Both the position numbers and the translations under genes were made by a program. From Anaerolineae bacterium (lineage in GTDB: Bacteria > Chloroflexota > Anaerolineae > B4-G1), in NCBI GenBank assembly GCA_046760785.1, contig JBHIET010000007.1:736-64735 (forward strand): a stretch of DNA of 64,000 nucleotides. Direction: 5' to 3'. Positions 18,207 to 28,395 of the stretch are shown here, piece by piece. The notes beneath the pieces are model-generated. The model had not been told where the DNA came from and ran no database searches. It was given only the letters and a program-made list of their open reading frames with translations. Position 1 is the first letter of the stretch. The number at the start of each line of letters is the position of its first letter.

Positions 18207-20519
18207 ATGAGAAGCGAGCACCGCTATCTTCTCTCTATCGTTGCGGGTGTCATCGTGCTGGCGCTGTTGGTCTGGCTGACCATCGCCATGCCACCAGGCC
18301 CGGTTGACCCGCTGCCTATGATCTGCTTCGGCATGCTGATCGTCTTCACGACGACCTTCGGCGTGCCGCTTGCCGGGGGCTCGGTGTCGCTGCTGCCGAT
18401 GACGACGGCTGCGGCCTATCTGGTGATGGGTCTGGTACCGGCTTGCTGGGCAGCGTTTGTGGGTGCCGTGGCCCACGGGGTCATCCGCTATCTCTGGGCC
18501 GAGCAGTTAGGAGAACAGCGGGAGCCAGGTGCCCTCAGGTTCATCGCTCTGACCGCAGCAAACGGTTCGATGAACTCAGGCAGCATCCTCGCCGGCGGCA
18601 CGGTCTTCCAGTTATTGGGTGGCGTCACGCCACTGGCCGCGGTCGGCAACTCCAGCTTCCTGCCGCTGGTGCTCCTCGGCCTGGCCTATCTGACCGTTAA
18701 CTACCTGATCGCGGGTGCCTACATCGCCGCGCGCGGGCGGGAATTGCTGCAACACTACCTGCGTTCGCTGCCCAACCTGATTTTCTACGAGGGAGGACCG
18801 TTACTCTTCGCACCGCTTACGGCGCTGGTCTACACACGGCTGGGCCTGGTGCAGTTTGGCCTCTTCGCTGTTCTGATCATCGTCTCGTCGCTCATCACAC
18901 GCAACCTGGCCCTCACCAGCCGCAGGCTTGAACGGAGAGTGCAGGAACTGGATAGCCTCCAGGCGGTCGGGCAGGCACTCAGTGCGAGCCTGCACACAGA
19001 GACGGTTCTTTCGGCAATCTACGACCAGGTCGCACGGCTCATGCCAGCCCGCAATTTCTACGTCGCCCTGTACGATCCGGAGGCAGACGAAGTCTCGTTC
19101 CCGCTGGCCGTCGAGGACGGAGAGCGCGTGCAGTGGCGATCCCGCCGGATGGGCAGCGGCCTGACCGAGCACATCCTGCGGACACGCGCGCCCTTGTTGA
19201 TTCGAAGAGACGTTAAGACCACTCTGGAGAAGCTCGGGATAGACGCCATTGGGCGGGCGGCTGCCTGCTGGCTGGGGGTGCCCATCCTGGCCGGGGACGA
19301 GCCGCTCGGCGTCATCGCGGTGCAGTCATATTCCACACCAGAGGCTTATGACTCCTCCCATCAGGAAGTGCTCGTCACCATCGCCACCCAGGCCGGCGTG
19401 GCGGTCCAGAACGCCCGCCTGTACGCGCGCACCGACGAGGCGCTGACCCACCGCGTGCAAGAGCTCGATTCGATTCTCAGGACCACACGCGAGGGGATGC
19501 TGTTACTCGACCCGGAGTGGCGTGTGCTGGCCGCCAATCGTGCACTGGCCGACTTCGTGGGCGTCGCCCAGTCGGAGTTGACCGGCGCCCGGTTAGATGG
19601 AAGTGAGCCACCCATCACGCTGATTGGATACACGCCGGAAAATCTGAGGGCCGACTGCGAGGCCTTGGCTGGAGGAGAGTGGGGTCGCAGGCAGGCCATT
19701 GTCGCTCTCGGCCCGTCGGAGCGACACGTCGAGCGCACGCTTACCCCGGTACGCGACCAGGAAGGGGCGATCACCGGCTGGCTGCTCGTTTTGCGCGACA
19801 TCACCGAGGAGATCGAGCTGGCGCGTCTCAAGGACGACATGACCCACATGCTGATCCACGACCTGCGCTCCCCACTGACGGTACTCAAAGGCAGCCTGCA
19901 CTTCATGGAAGCCGCCTTTGTCAAGCAGGAGGCGGAGAACTTCGACAGACTGCTGGAGATGGCGCGACACAGCAGCGACCGCATGTTGGGTATGGTGGAT
20001 GAGTTGCTTGACATCAGCAAGCTCGAAAGCGGCGAACTGCCCCTGCACCCCGAAGCGGTGGACGTGAGAGCGCTGTTGGAAGACGTCGCTGCCCGGCTCA
20101 CCACGCTGGCCACCTCGGCCCGGATCACCCTCGAAATTTCAGCCGACCCGGGCCTGCCGCCGCTGTACGTGGATCCCCAACTGGTCGGTCGCGTCATGTA
20201 CAACCTGCTGGACAATGCGATCAAATTCACGCCTGACGGCGGGCACGTCCGGCTGTGGACCCGGCTCGATCCAGAACTTGCCCCGGATCACCTGCTCGTC
20301 GGCGTGAGCGACACCGGCCCCGGCATCCCTGTCGAGGCGCAGCCCAAGTTGTTCGAGAAATTCCAGCAGGTTGCCTCCATAGAGGGCCGCCGATCCGGTA
20401 CCGGCCTGGGGCTTCCTTTCTGCAAGCTGGTCGTCGAAGCGCACAGCGGAAGGATTTGGGTGGAAAGTGAAGTGGGGAAGGGAAGCACGTTTGTGATGGC
20501 GTTGCCGGTGGTAGAGTAG
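18207..20519 (+). CDS. Membrane sensor histidine kinase (multi-TM N-terminus, GAF, PAS, HisKA, HATPase)
   Basis: Contains the H-box HDLRSPL, N-box NLLDNAIKF, and G-boxes DTGPGI and GTGLGL. No response regulator is adjacent. Confidence 0.9.
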   Translation: MRSEHRYLLSIVAGVIVLALLVWLTIAMPPGPVDPLPMICFGMLIVFTTTFGVPLAGGSVSLLPMTTAAAYLVMGLVPACWAAFVGAVAHGVIRYLWAEQLGEQREPGALRFIALTAANGSMNSGSILAGGTVFQLLGGVTPLAAVGNSSFLPLVLLGLAYLTVNYLIAGAYIAARGRELLQHYLRSLPNLIFYEGGPLLFAPLTALVYTRLGLVQFGLFAVLIIVSSLITRNLALTSRRLERRVQELDSLQAVGQALSASLHTETVLSAIYDQVARLMPARNFYVALYDPEADEVSFPLAVEDGERVQWRSRRMGSGLTEHILRTRAPLLIRRDVKTTLEKLGIDAIGRAAACWLGVPILAGDEPLGVIAVQSYSTPEAYDSSHQEVLVTIATQAGVAVQNARLYARTDEALTHRVQELDSILRTTREGMLLLDPEWRVLAANRALADFVGVAQSELTGARLDGSEPPITLIGYTPENLRADCEALAGGEWGRRQAIVALGPSERHVERTLTPVRDQEGAITGWLLVLRDITEEIELARLKDDMTHMLIHDLRSPLTVLKGSLHFMEAAFVKQEAENFDRLLEMARHSSDRMLGMVDELLDISKLESGELPLHPEAVDVRALLEDVAARLTTLATSARITLEISADPGLPPLYVDPQLVGRVMYNLLDNAIKFTPDGGHVRLWTRLDPELAPDHLLVGVSDTGPGIPVEAQPKLFEKFQQVASIEGRRSGTGLGLPFCKLVVEAHSGRIWVESEVGKGSTFVMALPVVE

Positions 20520-20573
20520 GCACATCGGCAAGTCACTGGTTTGCACCCTACAACCCGCGCCTGGAGATACAAG

Positions 20574-22133
20574 ATGCCACAGTACATCATCGCCCACGAC
20601 GTGGGCACGAGCGGCAACAAGGCGGTGCTCGTGGATATGAAGGGGAACATCCACGGCAGCGCTTTCCAACCCTACCCGATCCATTATCCCCGACCCGACT
20701 GGGCCGAGCAGGAGCCGGAGGACTGGTGGAGCGCCGTCGCCGCCACCACGCGACAGGTGCTGGAGAAATCCACCGCCCCGCTCCGAGACGTATCGGCGAT
20801 GGTCTACACCACCCAGATGCTGGGCATCGTCCCCATGGGGACCAACGGTCAGCCGCTGCGCCCGGCCATCATCTGGCTGGATGGGCGTGCGCCAGAGCAG
20901 GCGGAACGCATTATGCGCAAGTTCCTGGGGCGACGGGTCTTTGCCGCCGTCGCTGGTGCGGAACTCTCCGGCAAGGACGGCCTGCCCAAGTTGCTCTGGC
21001 TCAAGGAGAACGAGCCGGAGATCTACGACGGGATGACCTGCTTCCTGGACGTCAACGGCTACCTCACCCACCGGGCCACGGGACGGATGGCCTTTGAGTG
21101 GTCGTGCGCTTCTGCCATTGGGTTCGACCTGAAGAAGAAGGACTGGCTGCGGGGGATCATCCGCTACATCGGCCTGGACCTGAACAAGTTTCCCCCACTG
21201 GTGCGCTCGGTTGATCAGGTGGGTGGGCTGACGGCGGAGGCAGCGCGGGAGTGCGGGCTGCTGGAGGGAACTCCTGTCTTCGGTGGCGGCGGGGATGCGC
21301 CGGGGGCGGCGGTCGGCTCCGGAGCGGTCGGAGAGGGGGAGGGACACATTTATCTGGGCACCTCCGGCTGGGTGGGCGTCGTCACCCACAAGACCCCCAC
21401 CGGCTGTCACGGCATCGCCTCCATCCAATCCTCTGATCCCGGCAAGGCGCTGCTCTTTGCGGAGATGGAGACGGCGGGCGCGTGCCTCAAGTGGATCGCC
21501 GACGAGTTCTACCGTCACGAGCAGGCCGACCCCGCCATCCCCAACGTGTATGCACTGATGGACGAGAACGTGGAGAGCATCCCACCCGGGTCCGACTTCT
21601 TGATCTATACGCCGTGGATGTACGGGGAACGGGCCCCCGTCGCCGATACCTGGGTGCGCTCCACTTTCTTCAACCTGAGTGCCGACCACACGCGCGAGCA
21701 TCTCCTGCGGGCGGTCTACGAGGGAGTGGCCTATAACCTGCGCTGGATGATCGAGATCGTGGAGAAGACCTTTGGCTTCCCGCTGCCCGTGTTGCGGGTC
21801 ATCGGCGGGGGCGCGCGTGGCGCCCCGTGGATGCAGATCATCGCCGACGTGACTGGACGGCGGGTGGAAACCGTCGTCAATCCGCAGGAGGCGGGGGCGG
21901 TGGGCGCTGCGCTTACAGCCGGAATCGGCCTGGGGCTGTACTCCGACTTTGAGGCACTCAGGAAAGTCGTTTGCGTGGAGCGCGAGTTTGAGCCTCAGGC
22001 GTGCAACGCCGAGGTCTATGATTGCCTCTACCAGGCTTACCACCGCATCTACGGCTGCCTGCAGAAGCTGTACCGGGAGGTGAACGAAGTCCGGTTCGCA
22101 GAGCGCCGGGGGGAGGAAGTGGAGGAAGGTTGA
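20574..22133 (+). CDS. FGGY-family carbohydrate kinase
   Basis: Start at MPQYIIAHDVGTSGNKAVLVD (N-terminal ATPase motif). Also contains GGGDAPGAAVG and GGGARG. Confidence 0.85.
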   Translation: MPQYIIAHDVGTSGNKAVLVDMKGNIHGSAFQPYPIHYPRPDWAEQEPEDWWSAVAATTRQVLEKSTAPLRDVSAMVYTTQMLGIVPMGTNGQPLRPAIIWLDGRAPEQAERIMRKFLGRRVFAAVAGAELSGKDGLPKLLWLKENEPEIYDGMTCFLDVNGYLTHRATGRMAFEWSCASAIGFDLKKKDWLRGIIRYIGLDLNKFPPLVRSVDQVGGLTAEAARECGLLEGTPVFGGGGDAPGAAVGSGAVGEGEGHIYLGTSGWVGVVTHKTPTGCHGIASIQSSDPGKALLFAEMETAGACLKWIADEFYRHEQADPAIPNVYALMDENVESIPPGSDFLIYTPWMYGERAPVADTWVRSTFFNLSADHTREHLLRAVYEGVAYNLRWMIEIVEKTFGFPLPVLRVIGGGARGAPWMQIIADVTGRRVETVVNPQEAGAVGAALTAGIGLGLYSDFEALRKVVCVEREFEPQACNAEVYDCLYQAYHRIYGCLQKLYREVNEVRFAERRGEEVEEG

Positions 22134-22928
22134 ATGTTATCCATCCAGTTGCTGTCCCCTGACCGCTTGTGGGACATCCTGGATTTCTGCCCCGTGCATG
22201 CAGACCGGGAGGAGACCTGGTTCCCCGGGGACGTAGAACGGTATCGCCAGGGCCAGCACCGGCGCGCGGGCTTCCTGGCCCGCAAAATGGACGAGGGCGC
22301 CCGGCTGCAGGTGGCTTACCGGGACGGCGTCGCCGTCGGCTTCGTCGAGTATTACCCCATCGAGATCACCAACCTGGAACTGGCAGGCCAGGACGTCCTC
22401 GCTATCTGGTGCATCCTCGTGCGTGACGAGCGGCAGGGCATCGGCAGCGCGCTTCTGCAAGCCTGCCTGGACGACGCCCGGGCGATGGGGCGCAAGGGAG
22501 TGGCGGTCACCTGCTGGGACCCGGTCTGGATGGGACGGGCGATCTTTGAGCGGGCTGGCTTTGTGGAGGTCGGTCCTGCCGGGACGAGCGGAGCTGTACT
22601 CTTCAGGCCCTTCACTGCCAATGCTGAGCCGCCCCGCTGGGTGGGGCGCAAGCCGGCGATGGAGTTGGTGGAAGGCAAAGTCGCCGTGGATGTCTTCCAC
22701 ACTGACCGCTGCCCCATCCATTGGCGCAACACGGCGCTGGTGCGGGAGGTGGCCCAGGCGTTCGGCGACGCGATCCTCTGGCGCGAGCACTGGACCGACA
22801 GACGGGAGGATATGTTGCATTATGGGACCGCCTACAGCATATACGCCAACGGCAAGCTTATTGCCGCCGGACCACCAGTGAAGCGAGAGCGGGTGCGGCA
22901 AGCCATACTCGAGACGCTGCTGGCCTGA
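22134..22928 (+). CDS. GNAT-family acetyltransferase with an extra C-terminal domain
   Basis: Contains the RQGIGSALLQACLDDARAMG acetyl-CoA-binding-like motif. The start abuts the kinase stop. Confidence 0.6.
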   Translation: MLSIQLLSPDRLWDILDFCPVHADREETWFPGDVERYRQGQHRRAGFLARKMDEGARLQVAYRDGVAVGFVEYYPIEITNLELAGQDVLAIWCILVRDERQGIGSALLQACLDDARAMGRKGVAVTCWDPVWMGRAIFERAGFVEVGPAGTSGAVLFRPFTANAEPPRWVGRKPAMELVEGKVAVDVFHTDRCPIHWRNTALVREVAQAFGDAILWREHWTDRREDMLHYGTAYSIYANGKLIAAGPPVKRERVRQAILETLLA

Positions 22929-22949
22929 GATTAACTCAAGGAGGTTGGA

Positions 22950-24260
22950 ATGGAAAGACAAGACCTAGAGTCCCTGCCCCTCGCGCTGCCCGATGGGGTA
23001 GATTACGACGAGTATCTCATCGGCACGTATCTGGCTTCGTTCCCGGCCAGCGTACCCATCCCTCGTCTGGCCCCGGCGCTGGCCATCGAGCAATCCACCG
23101 GCACCTGGGTCCCGGTTCCGGGGGAGACCCTCGAGGTGCGCCGCCAGCACGTGGCAAAAGTCATCGGCGTCTACGAGGTGCCGGACCTGGAATACACCGT
23201 CCCGCCGAAGCTGGAGACGCGCAACTATGTCATCCAGATCGCCTTTCCCCAGGTCAACATCGGCTCGCAGATCCCGATGCTGTTGACGACAGTGGTGGGC
23301 AACATCTCGATGGGTGGCCGCATCAAGGTGCTCGACATCCGCTTCCCCAAAAAGTTTGTCGAGGGGTTCCAGGGACCCAAGTTCGGCATCCAGGGTGTAC
23401 GGGAGGTGCTGGGTGTGTCCGACCGCCCGCTGCTCAACAACATGATCAAGCCCTGCACCGGCTACACGCCAGAGGTGGGGGTCGAGCTGTTCCGGGCAGC
23501 GGCCCTGGGCGGCTGCGACATCATCAAGGACGACGAGTTGTTGGCCAATGCCTCCTTCAACGAGGTGCAGGCGCGGGTAAAGCTCTACATGGAGGCGGAG
23601 CGACAGGTCTACGAGGAGACCGGCGAGCACACGTTGTACACCGTCAACGTCACCGACGAGATTCCGCAGGTCTTTGAGAACGCCCACCGGGCGGTAGAGC
23701 TGGGCTGCAACGCCCTTATGGTCAACTACCTGGCGACCGGCTTCCCGGTGCTGCGCGCGCTGGCAGAGGACCCCGAAATCAACGTGCCCATCCTGGGCCA
23801 CATGGACGTGGCGGGGGCGTACTACATGTCGCCCTACCACGGTGTCACCTCGCACCTCATCCTGGGCAAGCTGCCCCGGTTGGCCGGCGCCGACATCGTC
23901 GTCTTCCCGGCCCCCTACGGCAAGGCCCCGGTGCTCAAGGACAAGTTCATCAACGTGGCCCGCAACCTCTCCTTCCCCTTTCACGACATCAAGCCTACCT
24001 TTCCCATGGCCTCCGGCGGCATCACTCCCTCGATGGTGCCCAAGGTGATGAAGGACCTGGGGAGCGACATCGTCATTGGTTCTGGCGGCGGCATCCACGC
24101 CCACCCGGACGGGCCAGTGGCGGGCGGCAAGGCGTTCCGTCAGGCGATTGACGCCACGATGCAGGGCGTCCCACTCAAGGAGGCGGCCAAAGAGCATCTC
24201 GAGCTGGCGGCCTCTTTGGAAGCGTGGGCGGATCCGTTTGGGAAGGGGATTTCGCTGTAA
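22950..24260 (+). CDS. RuBisCO-like protein (form IV RLP)
   Basis: RuBisCO large-chain pattern: VVGNI, MIKPCTG (equivalent of IKPKLG with the second Lys changed to Cys), GGCDIIKDDE (KDDE conserved), GHMDVAG (HR changed to HM), SGGI and GSGGGIHAHPDG. Several carboxylase residues are substituted. Confidence 0.85.
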   Translation: MERQDLESLPLALPDGVDYDEYLIGTYLASFPASVPIPRLAPALAIEQSTGTWVPVPGETLEVRRQHVAKVIGVYEVPDLEYTVPPKLETRNYVIQIAFPQVNIGSQIPMLLTTVVGNISMGGRIKVLDIRFPKKFVEGFQGPKFGIQGVREVLGVSDRPLLNNMIKPCTGYTPEVGVELFRAAALGGCDIIKDDELLANASFNEVQARVKLYMEAERQVYEETGEHTLYTVNVTDEIPQVFENAHRAVELGCNALMVNYLATGFPVLRALAEDPEINVPILGHMDVAGAYYMSPYHGVTSHLILGKLPRLAGADIVVFPAPYGKAPVLKDKFINVARNLSFPFHDIKPTFPMASGGITPSMVPKVMKDLGSDIVIGSGGGIHAHPDGPVAGGKAFRQAIDATMQGVPLKEAAKEHLELAASLEAWADPFGKGISL

Positions 24261-24269
24261 GGAGGCGAA

Positions 24270-24300
24270 GAAACCAGGTTTTTCGGAAGAACCTGGTTTC
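24270..24300. terminator. Perfect 11-bp hairpin between convergent genes
   Basis: GAAACCAGGTT (24270-24280), 9-nt loop, AACCTGGTTTC (24290-24300). It lies between the RLP stop (24260) and the VIT-vWA stop (24305). Confidence 0.5.
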
Positions 24301-24304
24301 TACC

Positions 24305-26686
24305 TTACCCCCGCATCCGCTGCCACAGCACTGCCGAGGCCAGCGCGACAATACCCATCACCATCGCGCCGGTGCACAGGAGGCCACCAGCCGGCTCCGC
24401 GGAGGTTGTCTCGCCACCGGGCATTGGCGTGACTGTCGGCTGCGTGAGCTCAGGCGTGTGGAGCGGCGGCACTTCCACCAGCTCACCCTCCCCATCCACC
24501 ACCTCGTAGGCCATGCCTTCGGCCACAAAGATGACCCGCTCGCCAAGCGCGAAGTACGCACCCCACTCCGGCCGGGCTGCCAGCAGGTCGAAGTACCCCT
24601 CGGAGCCGAAGCCGACCTGGGTGGTGGTCATCTGCGAGGGATCGAAGGCCGTATCAATCCAGACGCCGTCCTGAAGCAGAAATGTCTTGGAGCCCACCAG
24701 TCGCACCACCTGTGCGGCCTCCTCCGGCATCATCCCGCCGCCGACCGCTTCCACCTCTCGCATTTCGGCCTGTTCGGCGGCAGCTTCCACTGCTGGCGCA
24801 CCGAACGCAGCTGGAGTTGGCATAACCAGGAGTCTCTCCGCCGCTTCCTCCTGCCCCTCTGCGGTCAAGATGTCATCCTCCTCAATCAGGAACGACGTGT
24901 AGGGGGTGATGATGCCGTAGCGCACGCTCAACGCGACGACGGCGTCCACCCACTCGCGCCGCTCGCCGTGCAGCCGGATCTGGGTCAGCAGGTGGCCGAT
25001 CTTGCGTGTAGCCCACAGCCGGGGGATGAAGTCGTCGCCGCCGTTGACGCGGAAGTTGCCCTCGTAGACGAACTCCTGCCGCTCGCCGTTCACCTTGCCC
25101 GTGAGCGTGATCTTGGTCGCACCACTATCCCGGTAACGACCCACTAGAATCAACTGCGTGCCCGCGAACAGATCCGGCAGCGGGTAGGGGTAGGTGTCCT
25201 CGACCAGTATGTCCTCAAAGTCGAGTTCGATGTCAGCCAGAACCGGCGTGCTGATCTTGGCGTAAAAGCCGGAGACCTCCTCGTCAATCCGCTCGTGGGG
25301 GCGGACGTACCCGCTGGCCCCCCGCTGCTGCTCGGCCAGCGTGTCCAGTAGGACGGTGTTGACGTCGTCGCCGACGCCGAAGGGGAACAGCCGCACGTTA
25401 TCCGGCGCGGCGGCCTCCACATTGGCCAGAATCTGCTCGATTTCGACCACCCCCTCGGTGGGCAGGCCGTCGGTGAGGAAGATGAGCACCGTCGGTCGTC
25501 CCTCAACTTGCGCCAGCGCCTCCAGCAGTGCGCGGTTGATGTCGGTGCCACCGACCACCTCCAACCGCCGCACCCAATCAGCGGCCTCGTGGGCTTCCGA
25601 CGCGGGCCGCAGCCCCGGCGCGTACCGCTGCAAACCGGTGGAGAAGGCGATCACCTTGAAGCGATCTTCTTCGTTCAGATGCTCCAGCACATAGCTCAGC
25701 GCCTCCTTCGCCTGCTCGATCTTCTCCCCTTCCATCGAGCCAGAGGTGTCGAGCACCAAGAAGACGTCCCTGGGGATCACCCGACCCTTCTCCACCTCGA
25801 CGGTGGGAGCAACTAACAGCAGGAAGAAGCCATCGTCAGGTTGTTCCCGGTAGGTCAGCAGGTTCAGCCCCACGTCCTCCTGGCTCACGGTGTAGACCAG
25901 CTCAAAGTCCTGGTCGGGCAGCACGTCCGACTCCTCGTAGCCGACGGTGGCCCGATAATCGCCATCTCGCTCGATGTAGACTCGATCCTGATGAGTGGGG
26001 GAGTAGACCGCGTGCATCGCGTCATTCGAGCGAACCTCGACGTGGATGCTGACTTCCTCCAGGGGTCGAGCGGAGAATTTCTCGGTGTTGAGCGGATAGA
26101 CGTAGCGCACCAGGCCGTTGACGACGGGGAGCACCTGGCTGTATTCCAGCTCAATCTTGCGCGAGCCGCCAGGCGGAATGGGGAAGATGTGGGCCTGCAC
26201 AGCGCCGCGCCCGGCGTACTCCAGCAGCGCCGGGTCGCGCCGCCGCCGCACGATGTCCTCATAGATCTGGCGGGCCTCGTCCGCCTCCAGGATCTTGCCC
26301 TCGACCGGCTTGCCATCCACCCACATGATGAACTCGGAGACCGCTGCCCCCTCCGGCAGCGGGAAGACGTAGGTGCCCTCACACTCCCACTCGTGCTCGT
26401 TGAGGAACTCTTGCTCGACGCGCGTCGTTGCCACCTGATCCTCAATGGTCACGCTGACGCGGTGGTAACGAATGGTGAGCCAGGATTCCCGCAATGGGGG
26501 GAGCGGTTCGGGCAACGGGATTGGGTCTGGGATGATGACACCGTCGGCCAGGGCGGGGCGGGCTGCGCTCAGCAATAGAGCGACGGTCGCGATGGCGGCT
26601 ATTAGCAGTTTGCAGGCTGATGGATTGACAGGCTGGTAGATTCGTAGGTTCGTAGATTCGTAAGTTCGTAATTGGGTGCTGGTCAT
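24305..26686 (-). CDS. Secreted VIT + von Willebrand A domain protein with a C-terminal TM anchor
   Basis: VIT region (VSVTIEDQVATTRVEQEF...), MIDAS motif DTSGSMEG, and C-terminal hydrophobic LLCTGAMVMGIVALASAVLW. An AGGAG RBS precedes the ATG at 26686. Confidence 0.85.
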   Translation of the reverse strand: MTSTQLRTYESTNLRIYQPVNPSACKLLIAAIATVALLLSAARPALADGVIIPDPIPLPEPLPPLRESWLTIRYHRVSVTIEDQVATTRVEQEFLNEHEWECEGTYVFPLPEGAAVSEFIMWVDGKPVEGKILEADEARQIYEDIVRRRRDPALLEYAGRGAVQAHIFPIPPGGSRKIELEYSQVLPVVNGLVRYVYPLNTEKFSARPLEEVSIHVEVRSNDAMHAVYSPTHQDRVYIERDGDYRATVGYEESDVLPDQDFELVYTVSQEDVGLNLLTYREQPDDGFFLLLVAPTVEVEKGRVIPRDVFLVLDTSGSMEGEKIEQAKEALSYVLEHLNEEDRFKVIAFSTGLQRYAPGLRPASEAHEAADWVRRLEVVGGTDINRALLEALAQVEGRPTVLIFLTDGLPTEGVVEIEQILANVEAAAPDNVRLFPFGVGDDVNTVLLDTLAEQQRGASGYVRPHERIDEEVSGFYAKISTPVLADIELDFEDILVEDTYPYPLPDLFAGTQLILVGRYRDSGATKITLTGKVNGERQEFVYEGNFRVNGGDDFIPRLWATRKIGHLLTQIRLHGERREWVDAVVALSVRYGIITPYTSFLIEEDDILTAEGQEEAAERLLVMPTPAAFGAPAVEAAAEQAEMREVEAVGGGMMPEEAAQVVRLVGSKTFLLQDGVWIDTAFDPSQMTTTQVGFGSEGYFDLLAARPEWGAYFALGERVIFVAEGMAYEVVDGEGELVEVPPLHTPELTQPTVTPMPGGETTSAEPAGGLLCTGAMVMGIVALASAVLWQRMRG

Positions 26687-26844
26687 CTTGCTCCTACTGG
26701 CGTACAGTGTTTGCTCTGTTCTTTAGACGCCGGGTGGAGTGAGAAGGTTCCAGTGGCCCCCCCAGAATACGCAACACGCAATAGTGACCCAATTTGACCA
26801 ATGGCGGGATTGATGATATGGTAACGCTGCCCAAAATCGAGCGC

Positions 26845-26873
26845 TTGCCTTAGAACGGGTGTTCTGGTACAAT
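26845..26873 (+). promoter_or_regulatory. Candidate sigma70-type promoter of radA
   Basis: TTGCCT (26845-26850), 17 nt spacer, TACAAT (26868-26873). Confidence 0.4.
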
Positions 26874-26900
26874 ATCCCTAATCTCCAATAAGGAGGCACG

Positions 26901-28268
26901 ATGGCCAAGACACGCACCCAATGGGTCTGCCAAAACTGTGGGCGGACGACGCCCCGCGAGATGGGTCGTTGCCCCGGCTGCGGTGAGTGGAACACGATGG
27001 TTGAGGTAATCGAGCAGCCAATCGCCGCATCGGCCGGCATTTCGACCATCCCCGGCAGTGAGCCGTGCCGCCTGACTGAGATTGAAACCGAGGGACTGGA
27101 GCGCCTGCCGCTGCCGCTGGGGGAATTTGCCCGCGTGCTGGGCGGCGGCGTCGTGCCTGGCTCGCTTATTCTCGTTGGTGGAGATCCTGGAATAGGCAAA
27201 AGCACCTTGTTGCTCCAGACGGCGTCGCTAATGGCGGAGGCGACGGGCCAGCCCGTGTTATACATCTCCGGCGAGGAGTCGGCGCGGCAGATCAGGATGC
27301 GCGCCGACCGGCTCTCCATCCGCAACGAGAACCTGTTCGTCGTCACCGAGACCAACCTAGAGGCGATCCTGCGCCACGCGGAACGGATCCAGCCGCTGGC
27401 GATGATCGTGGACTCGATCCAGACCGTCACCTCGGAGGAACTGACCTCGGCGGCAGGCTCGATCAGCCAGGTGCGCCAGGCGGCGAACCGCTTCCAGTGG
27501 TGGGCCAAAGCCGAGGGCGTGTCCGTCTTCCTGGTAGGTCACGTGACCAAGGAAGGGGCCATCGCCGGGCCGAAGGTGCTGGAGCACATCGTGGACACGG
27601 TGCTCTATCTGGAGGGCGACCGCTTCCACACCTACCGGCTGCTGCGCTCGGTCAAGAACCGCTTCGGGGCCACCTCGGAGGTGGGTGTGTTCGAGATGCG
27701 GGAGCAGGGAATGGTCGAGGTGCCGAACCCCTCGGAGGCGTTTCTGGCCGAGCGCATGGTCAACGCGCCGGGGTCGGCCATCGCGGTGACGATGGAGGGC
27801 ACGCGCCCGTTACTGGTCGAGGTACAGGCCTTGGCCAGCCACACCAGCTTCGGCCATCCGCGCCGCACGGCCAACGGCGTGGACTTCAACCGACTGCTGC
27901 TGATCACCGCTGTGCTGAGTAGGCGGGTGGGGCTGCGGCTTTACGATCAGGACGTCTTCGCCAACGTGATCGGGGGGTTGCAGGTGGGGGAGCCGGCGGC
28001 GGACCTGGCGGTGGCGGTAGCCATCGCCTCCAGCGTGCGCGACCGGCCCGTCAAGGCTGATCTGGCCGTCGTCGGCGAGGTGGGGCTTTCGGGCGAGGTA
28101 CGGGCCGTGGGACGGACGGCGGCGCGGCTGAAGGAGGCAGCCCGGCTGGGGTTCCGTCGCTGCTTGCTGCCCAAGCCGGTGCGGCGCGGAGGGGAGCCGC
28201 TGCCCGAGGGCATCGAGGCCGTCCCCGTGCGCTCGGTGGCCGAGGCGGTGGAGAGGGCGTTGGTGTAG
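26901..28268 (+). CDS. radA: DNA repair protein RadA/Sms
   Basis: Contains the zinc finger CQNCG...CPGCGEWNT, Walker A GDPGIGKST, the KNRFG motif and a Lon-like C-terminus. Confidence 0.95.
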   Translation: MAKTRTQWVCQNCGRTTPREMGRCPGCGEWNTMVEVIEQPIAASAGISTIPGSEPCRLTEIETEGLERLPLPLGEFARVLGGGVVPGSLILVGGDPGIGKSTLLLQTASLMAEATGQPVLYISGEESARQIRMRADRLSIRNENLFVVTETNLEAILRHAERIQPLAMIVDSIQTVTSEELTSAAGSISQVRQAANRFQWWAKAEGVSVFLVGHVTKEGAIAGPKVLEHIVDTVLYLEGDRFHTYRLLRSVKNRFGATSEVGVFEMREQGMVEVPNPSEAFLAERMVNAPGSAIAVTMEGTRPLLVEVQALASHTSFGHPRRTANGVDFNRLLLITAVLSRRVGLRLYDQDVFANVIGGLQVGEPAADLAVAVAIASSVRDRPVKADLAVVGEVGLSGEVRAVGRTAARLKEAARLGFRRCLLPKPVRRGGEPLPEGIEAVPVRSVAEAVERALV

Positions 28269-28369
28269 CGAGAAGTGAACCGCGCCACCGTAAACAGGCG
28301 GCGCTGGGGGCATACCAGCACCGGTGCTTCAGACCGGTGCGGCGCTGGTGTAGCGTCTTGGGGGAGATA

Positions 28370-28378
28370 TGTTATAAT
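28370..28378 (+). promoter_or_regulatory. Candidate extended -10 promoter element
   Basis: TGTTATAAT (TGnTATAAT) lies 18 nt upstream of the restriction-enzyme ATG. No good -35 is present. Confidence 0.35.
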
Positions 28379-28395
28379 CGGGTACGAGGTCAACG

